Position numbers and translations under genes: made by a program. A DNA stretch of 30,337 bases from Dubosiella newyorkensis. Its GTDB lineage: Bacteria > Bacillota_I > Bacilli_A > Erysipelotrichales > Erysipelotrichaceae. Every line of letters begins with the position of its first letter. Positions within the stretch are counted from its first letter, which is position 1. Shown one piece after another: positions 1 through 9,055 of this stretch. The stretch lies in NCBI RefSeq assembly GCF_001945605.1, contig NZ_MPKA01000079.1, positions 1-30,337 of the forward strand, given 5' to 3'. The notes under the pieces are model-generated. The model made no database searches and was not told where the DNA came from. It worked only from the letters and a program-made list of their open reading frames with translations.

Positions 1-2
1 CT

Positions 3-197
3 TTATGTTTAGAGTGCTGTCTAGTTTCGTGCGAGAATGGGATCGTGATCGGAAAGATCTTGAATACATCCGCGGATGAAAGGGTCTTGGATGAGGAAGG
101 GTTACCGGATCTTTCAAAGATGGATCTGTTGGCGTTCGATCCGATTCATGATGAGTATATTGAATTAGGAACGGCGTTTTATCCAGCGTTTAGATAG
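3..197 (+). CDS. 3' end of an unidentified CDS (partial, continues upstream of the window)
   Basis: The frame is open from position 3 to TAG at 195-197 (...GIVIGKILNTSADERVLDEEGLPDLSKMDLLAFDPIHDEYIELGTAFYPAFR*). A hairpin plus T-run follows immediately. I did not recognise a family. Confidence 0.45.
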   Translation, partial: LCLECCLVSCENGIVIGKILNTSADERVLDEEGLPDLSKMDLLAFDPIHDEYIELGTAFYPAFR

Positions 198-217
198 AGG
201 GGAACCTCTTTTTTTTA
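196..217 (+). terminator. Rho-independent terminator
   Basis: Stem AGAGG (196-200) pairs with CCTCT (205-209) around a 4-nt loop, followed by a T8 run. Confidence 0.6.
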
Positions 218-276
218 TGACAGCAATGTAATGTAGGGAAAATAAAAGTCTTCTATACTATTTGTAGGAGGTTTTT

Positions 277-1332
277 ATGCATACCTATATAGAAGTATTC
301 AAAACCGCGTTGATTTACTTTCCGTTTGTGGCATTGTTCTTCACTCTGCCTTATATTTTATATAATTATCACAAATATGGCTCGATCGTTTCGTTCAAGG
401 TCGTGATCGTTTATTCTTTTATTTTATATATGATGACTGTGTATTTTTTAGTTATTTTACCTCTTCCTTCTCGCGAGGCGGTCGCCGCTTCGCCTGGAAG
501 AGCGCCCAATTTTATTCCTTTTTCTTTTGTGAAGGATATTCTCGAGTTTCAAGAAGAGCATCAAGTTCCTTTGTGGAAAAATGGCGCGTTGTTTCAAGTG
601 CTCTTCAATGTTGTGATGCTTATGCCCTATGGAATGTACTTGCGCTACTATTTTAAGTGCTCGCTTTCGAAAACTGTGCTGTTTTCGTTTTTGTTTTCTT
701 TGTTTTTAGAGCTGACCCAATTGAGCGGCTTGTATGGCTTTTATCCAAAGCCGTATCGGATGTTCGATGTCGATGATTTGATGGCGAACACATTGGGCGG
801 TTTTCTTGGCTATTGGGTGTTCGGATTGGCGAAAAAGCTTTTGCCAAGTCGTCAAAGTCTCGATTTGCAAAGTTACGCCTTAGGGAAAAAGGTCTCGCTT
901 TTGAGAGTGATGCTTTCAATCGGGATCGATTTGTTCTGTGCTGGCATATTGTATGGGATGTTGTCCTTTTTTGCCCAAAAGATCCCGTTCTTTGTTTTCT
1001 TTACGTTTTATTTGTGGCTTTTAACGAGTTTTTGTCATGGTCAGAGCATCGGTATGAAGGTCCTTCAGCTCAAGATCGTCAACGAACTCCCGCAACAATC
1101 GTTCATGCTTGCGTGTGCGATGCGCTACTTCAGCATGATGATCGTTTTGTTCGCTTTGCCAACGGCGTGTCTTCATTTGTTCGTGACAAGTTTTCCTGTG
1201 TTCGTATTGATCGTCTTGTTTGTGTGGGGAGCGGGGGCGCTTATCGTTCTTCTAGACATTTTGCGGCATGTTCCTCCGTTTTATGCGAGGATGTCAAATA
1301 CGCGGCTCGTCTCTTCGATCCATGCGCAATAA
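277..1332 (+). CDS. Polytopic membrane protein, VanZ-like N-terminal half fused to an RDD-like C-terminal half
   Basis: 351-aa ORF with RBS AGGAGG 7 nt upstream of the ATG. It is very hydrophobic with multiple TM segments. A VanZ-type core is present (LELTQLSG...RMFDVDDLMANTLGGFLGYW). Confidence 0.65.
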   Translation: MHTYIEVFKTALIYFPFVALFFTLPYILYNYHKYGSIVSFKVVIVYSFILYMMTVYFLVILPLPSREAVAASPGRAPNFIPFSFVKDILEFQEEHQVPLWKNGALFQVLFNVVMLMPYGMYLRYYFKCSLSKTVLFSFLFSLFLELTQLSGLYGFYPKPYRMFDVDDLMANTLGGFLGYWVFGLAKKLLPSRQSLDLQSYALGKKVSLLRVMLSIGIDLFCAGILYGMLSFFAQKIPFFVFFTFYLWLLTSFCHGQSIGMKVLQLKIVNELPQQSFMLACAMRYFSMMIVLFALPTACLHLFVTSFPVFVLIVLFVWGAGALIVLLDILRHVPPFYARMSNTRLVSSIHAQ

Positions 1333-1364
1333 AAAAGGGAAGCGGATTTTCGCTTCCCTTTCTT
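1331..1364. terminator. Bidirectional rho-independent terminator between convergent genes
   Basis: Stem GGGAAGCG (1337-1344) pairs with CGCTTCCC (1351-1358). An A-run lies on the left and a T-rich tract on the right. Confidence 0.7.
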
Positions 1365-1365
1365 G

Positions 1366-1698
1366 TTAGAAGATCACGACTAAGATCATTTTGAAGTCAT
1401 CGTCTCTTGCGTTGATGGCATGAGGGACATTGGCTGGCATGATGATCGTCTCGCCTTTTTTCACTTCGAATTCTTTACCATCGATCACGACGATCCCTTT
1501 TCCTTCTAGGCCTGTGACCATCGCGTCGCCTTTTGAAGAATGAGTCGAGATCTCTTCGCCTTGAGAAAAGGCGAATAATGTCACGCTTACCGCTTCGTTT
1601 TGGGCGAGTGTTTTTGAGGCGACTTCGCCAGGACGGACCGTGATTTCTTTGGCAAGATCGAGTAAAGCCGCTTTTTCAATATTTTTAATTTTTTCCAT
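1366..1698 (-). CDS. Cupin domain protein (110 aa)
   Basis: The track ORF 1366..1806 is trimmed to the ATG at 1698, which is preceded by AAAGGAGGAG. The sequence is MEKIKNIEK...GEEISTHSSKGDAMVTGLEGKG...GETIIMPANVPHAI, a small beta-barrel cupin pattern. Confidence 0.7.
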   Translation of the reverse strand: MEKIKNIEKAALLDLAKEITVRPGEVASKTLAQNEAVSVTLFAFSQGEEISTHSSKGDAMVTGLEGKGIVVIDGKEFEVKKGETIIMPANVPHAINARDDDFKMILVVIF

Positions 1699-1768
1699 GA
1701 ATACTCCTCCTTTAGGTTTATCTTCTTTTTTTTTATAATAGTACTGATTATGGATAAGAGGTAATGAT

Positions 1769-2341
1769 ATGCGTATTATTTCTGGTAGTGCAAGAGGAAC
1801 GAGCATTCAAGCCCCGGAAGGCTATGACACTCGCCCTGTCACGGATAAGATCAGACAATCTTTATTTAATATATGGCAATGGAAAATTCCAGGAAGCGAC
1901 TTTTTAGATGTGTTTTCAGGAAGTGGCAGCATGGGAATCGAAGCGCTTTCCCGCAACGCGCATCGAGTCGTGATGATCGAAAAGGCGCCTAAAGCCGTCA
2001 AAGTGATCCAAGAAAATATAAAAAAATGTCATTTGGAGCATTCGAATCATGAAATCTTGGCGCAAGACGCGTTCGTCGCTCTGCCTAAGCTAGCCCAAAA
2101 CAAAGAAACGTTCGACTTGATCTATTTGGATCCGCCTTATACGGTCGATTCGATCTTTATTCCGATCATGGAGCTTCTTTCTTCGCTTCCTTTATTGAAG
2201 GAAGAGGGCGAGATCGTCATTCGAACTCGAAAAGAGAAAGAAATGCCCGAACGTTTTGGAAATCTCGTCAAGTATCGAGAGAAAGTGTATGGCATTTCGA
2301 AAGCCCATTTTTATCGAAAGGAGGAGGAAAGCGATGTATAA
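1769..2341 (+). CDS. rsmD: 16S rRNA (guanine966-N2)-methyltransferase RsmD
   Basis: MRIISGSARG...TRPVTDKIRQSLFNIW...FLDVFSGSGSMGIEALSR...LDPPY. These are the canonical RsmD N-terminus, SAM-binding motif I and DPPY motif. Confidence 0.85.
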   Translation: MRIISGSARGTSIQAPEGYDTRPVTDKIRQSLFNIWQWKIPGSDFLDVFSGSGSMGIEALSRNAHRVVMIEKAPKAVKVIQENIKKCHLEHSNHEILAQDAFVALPKLAQNKETFDLIYLDPPYTVDSIFIPIMELLSSLPLLKEEGEIVIRTRKEKEMPERFGNLVKYREKVYGISKAHFYRKEEESDV

Positions 2342-3257
2342 GAAAACTTATTTTTTTAAAACATCCCCATATGATGAGACGAGATTGAGCGTTTTGATGA
2401 TCGTTCCCGATACGGTAATAGGGGTCGTACAGATCGCGCATGGCATGGTGGAACACAAAGAACGGTATCTTCCGCTCATGAAGTTTTTAGCGAAACATCA
2501 CTACGCCACGATCATCCACGACCACCGAGGACACGGCATGAGCGTGCGCTCGCAAGAAGAGCTTGGCTTTTTTAACGATGAGTCGGCTGAATATATCGTT
2601 GAAGATGTGCATGTGATCTATGAAAAGATGAAAGCTCGATTTAGCGATGTGCCTTATATTTTATTTGGTCATTCGATGGGATCGCTTGTCGTTCGCAAAT
2701 TTTTGCAGAAGTACGACGCGCTTCTCGATGGCTTGATCGTTTGTGGAGCGCCAGGCAACAATCCTTTGACGGATTTTGGCTTGCGCATCGTCGAACGGCT
2801 CGAAAAACGATTTGGAAACAACCATCGTTCCAAATTGATCGAAAAACTATCCACGGGCGCTTATGATCGCCCATTTGAGGGAAAACATAAAAATCGTTGG
2901 ATCAGCGCCAATGAAGAAAACGTGCGCGCTTTCAACGCGCATCCAAGCGACGGCTTTACGTTTACGCTCAATGGCTATAAAAATTTGTTCAAGCTCGTCA
3001 AAGACGTGTATACGCCAGGCAATTGGAGCAAAGAGAATCTCGATCTTCCGATCTTGTTCATCGCAGGGGAAGACGATCCTGTTCTTTTATCGATCGAAAA
3101 ATGGAAGGAAGCCCAATCGTTTTTGAAGATGGAAGGGTATAAAAATGTCGAGGGTGTCTTGTTCGATGGCATGCGGCATGAGATCTTGAATGAAAAGAAT
3201 AAAGAGCTCGTCTATGAGACGATCCTTCATTTTTTGGAAGGGATCTGTGGAAGATGA
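2334..3257 (+). CDS. Alpha/beta hydrolase (lysophospholipase / monoacylglycerol-lipase-like)
   Basis: I chose the ATG at 2334 (RBS GGAGGAGG upstream, overlapping the rsmD stop) rather than the track start at 2256. It carries the GHSMGS nucleophile elbow, an HDHRGHG oxyanion region and a C-terminal DGMRHEI His motif. Confidence 0.8.
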   Translation: MYKKTYFFKTSPYDETRLSVLMIVPDTVIGVVQIAHGMVEHKERYLPLMKFLAKHHYATIIHDHRGHGMSVRSQEELGFFNDESAEYIVEDVHVIYEKMKARFSDVPYILFGHSMGSLVVRKFLQKYDALLDGLIVCGAPGNNPLTDFGLRIVERLEKRFGNNHRSKLIEKLSTGAYDRPFEGKHKNRWISANEENVRAFNAHPSDGFTFTLNGYKNLFKLVKDVYTPGNWSKENLDLPILFIAGEDDPVLLSIEKWKEAQSFLKMEGYKNVEGVLFDGMRHEILNEKNKELVYETILHFLEGICGR

Positions 3258-4138
3258 GGCGAGAATGGGAAAATGGCTCGGTCACAGAAGCGATCGAAGT
3301 CACGACAAGCAAAGATTTTAAACAAGAACATCCAGAACTTTTTGATCGGACGCTTGTTGGCAAAAGCATCAGTGATATTCACTTCTGCAAAGCGAATCAT
3401 TATAAAGATATCACGTCGGGAAGTTTTGTCTTGCCGACTAAAGAAGATCCAACGAATCAAAAGATCGTTTTCGCTTTTTGTATCGCGGAAAATACTCTCT
3501 ACTTTATCGATGACCAAAACAAGATCGAGCTGCTTTTGAGCGATATGCAAAAGGAAGTGGAGTATCAGCTTACGACGCCAATGGTTTTCCTGCTCGATTT
3601 TATGCAGTTTTTGATAGCGGACGACGTATATTATTTGCAGAGATATGAAGAGCGTCTTTCGGAATTGGAGGAACAGCTCAAGCATGGGATCGCGAAAAAT
3701 CTCGACCAAAGCATCATGGGAATGCGAAAAGATCTCAATGTGCTCGGCATGTATTATGAGCAGCTTTCGGATATGGGGCAAACGCTTGAAAATGTCGTTC
3801 TCCAACAAAGAGACGCGTTAGCGAATAATTTATTGTCCTTGTATGTGACAAGAGTCAATCAGCTCTATTCGATGGTGCAGACGATCAAAGATTATGCGAG
3901 TCAGCTTTCCAATTTGGCGCAAAATATTTTATCGGCCAAGCAAAACAACATCACGACTTTTTTGACAGGGGTCACAACGATCTTTTTACCGCTCACTTTA
4001 GTGACGGGCTGGTTTGGAATGAACTTTAAATACTTGCCTTTGATCTATACAAGACAAGGGTTTATAGGGACCTGTATTTTTTGTGTGTTATGTTTAGCGC
4101 TAGAAATTTATATTTTTTCGAAGAAAAATTTATTTTAG
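3254..4138 (+). CDS. corA: CorA-family divalent cation (Mg2+/Co2+) transporter
   Basis: The GWFGMNF (GMN) signature is followed by the final TM helix. A coiled-coil cytoplasmic domain lies upstream. The start overlaps the previous stop (ATGA). Confidence 0.85.
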   Translation: MRREWENGSVTEAIEVTTSKDFKQEHPELFDRTLVGKSISDIHFCKANHYKDITSGSFVLPTKEDPTNQKIVFAFCIAENTLYFIDDQNKIELLLSDMQKEVEYQLTTPMVFLLDFMQFLIADDVYYLQRYEERLSELEEQLKHGIAKNLDQSIMGMRKDLNVLGMYYEQLSDMGQTLENVVLQQRDALANNLLSLYVTRVNQLYSMVQTIKDYASQLSNLAQNILSAKQNNITTFLTGVTTIFLPLTLVTGWFGMNFKYLPLIYTRQGFIGTCIFCVLCLALEIYIFSKKNLF

Positions 4139-4150
4139 GAAGGAAATACG

Positions 4151-4921
4151 ATGAAAATAGGAATGATAGGATTTGGGAATATGGCCCAAGCGATGTTGGA
4201 AGGTTTTTTATTGAAGGAATTAGTAGAGCCAAAAGATGTGTTTGTATGCGCCGCTCATTATGATTTGTTGTGCTTGAGGGCCCAACAATATGGGGTTCAT
4301 GCTTGTAATGACGCGCAAGAGGTGATCGATCAGAGCGAGTTGATCCTTTTGGCGATCAAGCCTTATCAAGTCGAAGCGCTTGTGCCTTCTCTTGACTTTC
4401 AAGAAAAGCTTCTTGTTTCAGTCGTGGCAGGCTATTCGTTTGAAAAGCTTTCTAAACTCGTGTCGCATGGAAATACGATTTGCATCATTCCAAATACCCC
4501 GATCGCGATTGGGGAAGGGATCACATTGGTCGAGGAAGAAACGAACAGCACGCCTGAAGAATTGGCATCGTTCATGTCTTTGTTTTCTCCTGTTTCGCTC
4601 GTTCAATTCGTGGATGAAGCGCATATGAAGACGGCTTTGATCTTGGCGAGCTGCGCGCCTGCGTTTGCGGATCTGATGATCGAAGCTCTTGGCGACGCTG
4701 GCGTTGAATATGGATTGGATCGGAAGATGGCTTATACACTGGCTGCCAAAATGCTTGTGGGAACGGGAGGATTGTATTTGGAAAAGGGATTGCATCCTGG
4801 AGCGATGAAAGATGCGGTCTGTTCGCCGAAAGGAATGACGATCAAAGGCGTTACGACGCTTGAAAAAAGAGGCTTTAGAGCGTCTTTGATCGAGGCTGTC
4901 GAAGCGATCGAGGAGTCTTGA
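4151..4921 (+). CDS. proC: Pyrroline-5-carboxylate reductase
   Basis: MKIGMIGFGNMAQAM Rossmann N-terminus, followed by ...AIKPYQ...SPKGMTIKGVTTLEKRGFR in the C-terminal P5CR dimerisation domain. Confidence 0.85.
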   Translation: MKIGMIGFGNMAQAMLEGFLLKELVEPKDVFVCAAHYDLLCLRAQQYGVHACNDAQEVIDQSELILLAIKPYQVEALVPSLDFQEKLLVSVVAGYSFEKLSKLVSHGNTICIIPNTPIAIGEGITLVEEETNSTPEELASFMSLFSPVSLVQFVDEAHMKTALILASCAPAFADLMIEALGDAGVEYGLDRKMAYTLAAKMLVGTGGLYLEKGLHPGAMKDAVCSPKGMTIKGVTTLEKRGFRASLIEAVEAIEES

Positions 4922-5793
4922 TGGAGCTAAGGGTCCTGCGATATTTTTTAAGCGTTGCAGCGAATAAAAGCGTTTCGAAGGCGGCCAAGCAGCTTCATAT
5001 CATTCAGCCAACTCTTTCAAGGCAGATCCAAGAACTAGAAGAAGAGCTTGGAGTGTCTTTGCTTATACGGGATCATCACCGGATCCGGCTAAGTCCAAAA
5101 GGCGAGGTGTTCGCCCAGCGGGCTAGTGAGATTGTGAAGCTATGCGATAAAGTGCAGGAAGAGTTTTCTAAGAAGATGAAAGGGACGCTTTCGATCGGCT
5201 GTATCGAAAGCAATGGTTCGAAAGAGATGGCGCAGTGGATCGCGAAATTTCATCGTCAATTTCCAGAAGTGCATTTTGAAATATTTAGCGCCGATTCGCA
5301 AGAGATCAAGCAAAAGCTGGAGGCGGGTCTTTTAGATCTTGGCTTTTTGATCGAGCCTGTCGAGAAGGAAGAGTATGAATGGATTCGTTTAAGATCGTGC
5401 GATTTAATGGGTTTGATCTTGCTTAGAGAAGATCCTTTGGCGAAAAAAAAGCACATTCAAAAAGAAGATGTATATTCGCTTCCGCTCTTTCTTCCGTATC
5501 GGAAAGAGGTGCGGAAAGAGATTTTGCGCTTTCTTGAAAAAGAAGAGAAGGATCTGCAGATCGTTGGCAGTTCTCGGTTGTTTTCGAATGTTGGATATCT
5601 TGTAGAACAAAAAATGGGATATGCCATTGGCGTGGATGGGATCATTGGTTTGGCAGAAAGCGACAAACTTGTTTTTCGTCCTTTTTCTCCGGAAATCAAG
5701 ATGCGGACGATCATGGTTTGGCGTAAAGGGCGCTTGCTTTCGCCTGTGGCCGAAGCCTTTCTCGAATTTGTGAAAAAGGAGTTGAAAACATGA
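4921..5793 (+). CDS. LysR-family transcriptional regulator
   Basis: MELRVLRYFLSVAANKSVSKAAKQLHIIQPTLSRQIQELEEELGV is a classic LysR HTH. I prefer the ATG at 4921 (TGATG overlap with the proC stop) to the TTG at 4918. Confidence 0.9.
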   Translation: MELRVLRYFLSVAANKSVSKAAKQLHIIQPTLSRQIQELEEELGVSLLIRDHHRIRLSPKGEVFAQRASEIVKLCDKVQEEFSKKMKGTLSIGCIESNGSKEMAQWIAKFHRQFPEVHFEIFSADSQEIKQKLEAGLLDLGFLIEPVEKEEYEWIRLRSCDLMGLILLREDPLAKKKHIQKEDVYSLPLFLPYRKEVRKEILRFLEKEEKDLQIVGSSRLFSNVGYLVEQKMGYAIGVDGIIGLAESDKLVFRPFSPEIKMRTIMVWRKGRLLSPVAEAFLEFVKKELKT

Positions 5794-6599
5794 TCAAATT
5801 GTTGGCGATCGATATGGATGGAACTTTATTGAACTCGTTTTCTAAATTGTCGAAGGTGAATTTGAGCGCGCTCTATCGGGCAAAGGAAGCGGGCATCGAG
5901 ATCGTGCCTACGACGGGTCGGACGCTTTCTTGCTTGCCGCATACGCTGCAGGAACATTCGGATTTGTTTCGGTATGTAATCACGAGCAATGGGGCTTCTT
6001 TGTATGACACCAAATATAAGCGAGAATTATTTTCTTCCTCGATCCCGCGCTATCTTGTTCATGAGCTTGTTTTCGCTCTCAAGAAAGAGCCTGTTTTTAT
6101 TTCAGCGCATATCGATCATGAATATTGGGTGGATGGAGCGCTGATGCGTTTGAATGGGCGTCTTTTGTTTGGTAAGGACGCGTTTCAAACAAAGGCGAGC
6201 AAAGATCTATTTGAGCAGTTGTTGAATACGAATGGACGTGTCGAGGAGATCCAGCTTTATTTTCTAGGCAAAAAGACAAAAGCGCGGATCCAGACGATCT
6301 TACAGTCGTTTCCGGAAGTGTATGGGGCTTTTACTTCGAATTATGTGGAGATCTTTAGTCGTTCTTCTTCCAAGGGGAAAGCGCTTGATCGGCTCAGGGA
6401 GCACTTAAATCTGGATCAAAGCGAGATCGCATGTATTGGAGATGGGGAAAACGATGTCCTTATGTTTGAGCAGGCGGGCCTTGCGATCTGCATGAAAAAT
6501 GGAGAAGAAAAGATCCAAGAAAAAGCGGATAAGACGACGTTGTCCAACAATCAAAATGGGGTCGCTTACGCGATCGATCAATATATTTTAACAGAGTGA
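5790..6599 (+). CDS. Cof-type HAD-IIB family hydrolase (sugar-phosphate phosphatase-like)
   Basis: LLAIDMDGTLLN (motif I), TGR (motif II) and GDGENDVLMF (motif IV) are present. There is an ATGA overlap with the preceding gene. Confidence 0.85.
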   Translation: MIKLLAIDMDGTLLNSFSKLSKVNLSALYRAKEAGIEIVPTTGRTLSCLPHTLQEHSDLFRYVITSNGASLYDTKYKRELFSSSIPRYLVHELVFALKKEPVFISAHIDHEYWVDGALMRLNGRLLFGKDAFQTKASKDLFEQLLNTNGRVEEIQLYFLGKKTKARIQTILQSFPEVYGAFTSNYVEIFSRSSSKGKALDRLREHLNLDQSEIACIGDGENDVLMFEQAGLAICMKNGEEKIQEKADKTTLSNNQNGVAYAIDQYILTE

Positions 6600-6614
6600 A
6601 AACTCTGTTTTTTA
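6591..6614 (+). terminator. Rho-independent terminator
   Basis: Stem ACAGAGT (6591-6597) pairs with ACTCTGT (6602-6608), followed by a T-run. It overlaps the stop codon of the HAD gene. Confidence 0.6.
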
Positions 6615-6699
6615 ATGCTTTGAAGGCATAGTACTCGTATCCAATAAGTATTGTACAATTTTCAAATTGTTTTTTATGATGCCTGTAGAGGTGAAGAAT

Positions 6700-7416
6700 A
6701 TGGAAAAACAGATCAAGGATCTTTATCAGAAATTTCGTGAAGAAAATGTGGAGATGATCGATCGCTGGCTTTATTTCGCCTATAAGGAAATTCCAAGCAA
6801 GGTAGAATTGTCCATGAAGGATCGTTGTCTTTCGATCTTGGCGGTATTGTTGGGATCGCAAGGACAAGAAGAGTTTGAAAGGATCGTAAAATATGCGCTC
6901 GATCAAGGTGTCGAGGCAGAAGCGATCCAAGAAGTCGTCTATCAGGCGACTGCGTATTTGGGGATGGGGCGAGTGGCTCCATTTTATTCAATCGTGGACC
7001 GTGTTTTTTTGGATCGAAATGTTCAAGTGCGACAAGATCGGCAAACCACAAATCTTCAAGATTGTTTAGAGAAAGGAAACGCTTTGCAAGTTCGTTATTT
7101 TGGAGAAGGTTTGAAGGAAACATGGAAAAATGGCGGAGAGCGAGAAAATGTAAACTATTGGCTGGCGGCCAACTGTTTTGGGGATTACTATACGCGCAAA
7201 GGATTGAATGATCAGGAACGGGAGATGGTGACGTTCTGTTATGTTTACGCGCAGGGCGGCTGTGAAAACCAGCTTCGCGGACATACGAGAGGAAATTTAA
7301 ATGTAGGAAATTCGAAAGAAAAGCTTTTGGCGATCTTAAGCACATGTATTCCGTGGATCGGCTATCCTAGGACATTGAATGCGTGGGCGATCGTGGATGA
7401 AGTGACAAAAGAATAG
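6700..7416 (+). CDS. Carboxymuconolactone decarboxylase (AhpD-like) family protein
   Basis: The start is moved to the ATG at 6700 (GAGGTGAAG upstream). Two CMD-like repeats are visible: ...LSILAVLLGSQG...YQATAYLGMGRV and ...REMVTFCYVYAQGGCENQLRGHTRGNLNVG...IGYPRTLNA. Confidence 0.7.
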   Translation: MEKQIKDLYQKFREENVEMIDRWLYFAYKEIPSKVELSMKDRCLSILAVLLGSQGQEEFERIVKYALDQGVEAEAIQEVVYQATAYLGMGRVAPFYSIVDRVFLDRNVQVRQDRQTTNLQDCLEKGNALQVRYFGEGLKETWKNGGERENVNYWLAANCFGDYYTRKGLNDQEREMVTFCYVYAQGGCENQLRGHTRGNLNVGNSKEKLLAILSTCIPWIGYPRTLNAWAIVDEVTKE

Positions 7417-7427
7417 GAGGAATAGTT

Positions 7428-7844
7428 ATGAAAGAGTTCAAAAGTGTTTTTGAGCGTGGTGAAGTCAATCCTTTTGGAAAGTATTTTGAAGGAACCAGTT
7501 ATTTAAAAATGCTTTCGACAGAAGGGGTAAGTGTTGGGAATGTGATCTTTGAGCCTGGCTGTATCAATCATTGGCACATTCATCACGCAAGTCATGGTGG
7601 CGGTCAGATCCTTCTTTGTTTGAGCGGGCATGGATGGTATCAAGAAGAAGGAAAGGACGCCATTCCGTTGAAGGAAGGTTCTTTTGTTCGTATTCAGGCG
7701 AATGTGAAGCATTGGCATGGAGCGAGCAAGGACGACTGGTTCGAGCATATTTCGATCGAGGTTCCTGGAGAAAACACATCAACCGAATGGTGCGAGAAGG
7801 TCGATGAAAAAGAGTATGAAGCTCTAGTTTGGAAGGAAGAGTGA
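7428..7844 (+). CDS. Cupin domain protein
   Basis: FEPGCINHWHIHHASHGGGQILLCLSGHGWYQEEG...VKHWHGA is a two-His cupin metal-site pattern. RBS AGGAGG lies upstream. Confidence 0.7.
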   Translation: MKEFKSVFERGEVNPFGKYFEGTSYLKMLSTEGVSVGNVIFEPGCINHWHIHHASHGGGQILLCLSGHGWYQEEGKDAIPLKEGSFVRIQANVKHWHGASKDDWFEHISIEVPGENTSTEWCEKVDEKEYEALVWKEE

Positions 7845-7898
7845 ATCTAAAGCTAGAACAGTAGGAATTTGGTATACTTTTTCAAAAGGAGAAAGTAT

Positions 7899-8465
7899 AT
7901 GAAAATTTGTATTGTGGTTGGTTCGTTTCGTAAAGATTCTTTAAATGTGCAGCTGGCTCAGATCATACAGGAGAGTTTGGAGAAACGCGCGATTGGATCG
8001 ATGATCCGGAATGACCTAGAGATCCCGATGTTCAATCAAGATCTTGAGTTTCTGGTTCCGGATTCGATTCAAAGCTGGCGGGACTCGTTCTTAGAGGCCG
8101 ATGGGATCTGGTTTGTCACGCCTGAATACAATGGACAGATTCCGGGGTCTTTAAAAAACTTGCTGGATTGGATGTCTCGTCCTATGTCTTTAGGTGCGGC
8201 TTGGACCGATACAGCGATGCGAAATCAATGCGCTACTGTATCTGGCATTGGGGGAAGGAATGGTACGAAGAGCGTGCAGAAACTTTTGATCGAGCTTTTG
8301 AATTTTGGCGGCATGAAGGTGATGGATCATGATTTGGCGCAGATTGCGATGTCGAGCAAAACGATGGAGACGAGTCAGATCGAATATACGCCGGATGTCG
8401 AATCGATCGTCGAAAAACAAGTGGAGGCGTTCCTTTCTTTTATTAAGATGGAAGAGAATCGATGA
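7899..8465 (+). CDS. NAD(P)H-dependent FMN reductase family protein
   Basis: The start is moved to the ATG at 7899 (AAGGAGAAAG upstream). MKICIVVGSFRKDSLN...WFVTPEYNGQIPGSLKNLLDW is the typical flavodoxin-like FMN reductase motif. Confidence 0.8.
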   Translation: MKICIVVGSFRKDSLNVQLAQIIQESLEKRAIGSMIRNDLEIPMFNQDLEFLVPDSIQSWRDSFLEADGIWFVTPEYNGQIPGSLKNLLDWMSRPMSLGAAWTDTAMRNQCATVSGIGGRNGTKSVQKLLIELLNFGGMKVMDHDLAQIAMSSKTMETSQIEYTPDVESIVEKQVEAFLSFIKMEENR

Positions 8466-9055
8466 ATTGGATTTCTCAGCTTGGTGTCGTACTTGTTGTC
8501 GGGGTCGTCTTGTATTCGGCAATCAAGAAGGGCGTTCAAAAAAGCTTGGAGCGCCAGTACATGATCTGGATGCAGTCAGGAGCGTATGATCGGCTGCTTG
8601 ATTCATTGCGCTCATGGAAAGGGAAGTGGGCCTTTCCCAAATATAATCGGTTATTGATGGAAATGCAGATCGCTCAGCTTCAAAACGAGGATGAAAAAGC
8701 CAACAAGATCTTAGAAGAGCTTTTATCAATCAAGACGAATCCGATGCAGCGGCAAGATCTTGTATTGCGGGCGTATGAATCGTATATCTATGAAGGAAAT
8801 CGAAAACAAGCAAAAGCTTTGTTGCAGGAGATCAAAAAAACGATGGATCAAAATACGATCCAAAGAGCCGAATGGATGTATGATATTTATCTTTCCCACA
8901 AAGCCAATCATATCGACGCGCTCGTTCAAATGCTTCCCGAGCTTCCAGAGCATCAAAAGGGTGCTTGTTTGATGATGATCGCCAAATCGTATGCGAATAA
9001 ACACGATGATCAAAAAGCGAAGGAATACGAGGAACAAGCCAAACAATATTTATAA
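8462..9055 (+). CDS. Hypothetical membrane-anchored helical-repeat (TPR-like) protein
   Basis: One N-terminal TM helix (LGVVLVVGVVLYSAI) is followed by all-helical repeat-like sequence. There is an ATGA overlap with the upstream gene and a strong terminator downstream. Confidence 0.6.
   Translation: MNWISQLGVVLVVGVVLYSAIKKGVQKSLERQYMIWMQSGAYDRLLDSLRSWKGKWAFPKYNRLLMEMQIAQLQNEDEKANKILEELLSIKTNPMQRQDLVLRAYESYIYEGNRKQAKALLQEIKKTMDQNTIQRAEWMYDIYLSHKANHIDALVQMLPELPEHQKGACLMMIAKSYANKHDDQKAKEYEEQAKQYL

Noticed and set aside
2256-2333. Longer N-terminal extensions offered by the ORF track (2256, 6667, 7869, 17594, 20601, 1806, 11733, 22662, 4918)
   Set aside because: The extensions overlap upstream genes or terminators, start at GTG/TTG inside or abutting the RBS, or precede an ATG with a properly spaced AGGAGG-type RBS and a canonical family N-terminus. 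I used the internal starts instead.
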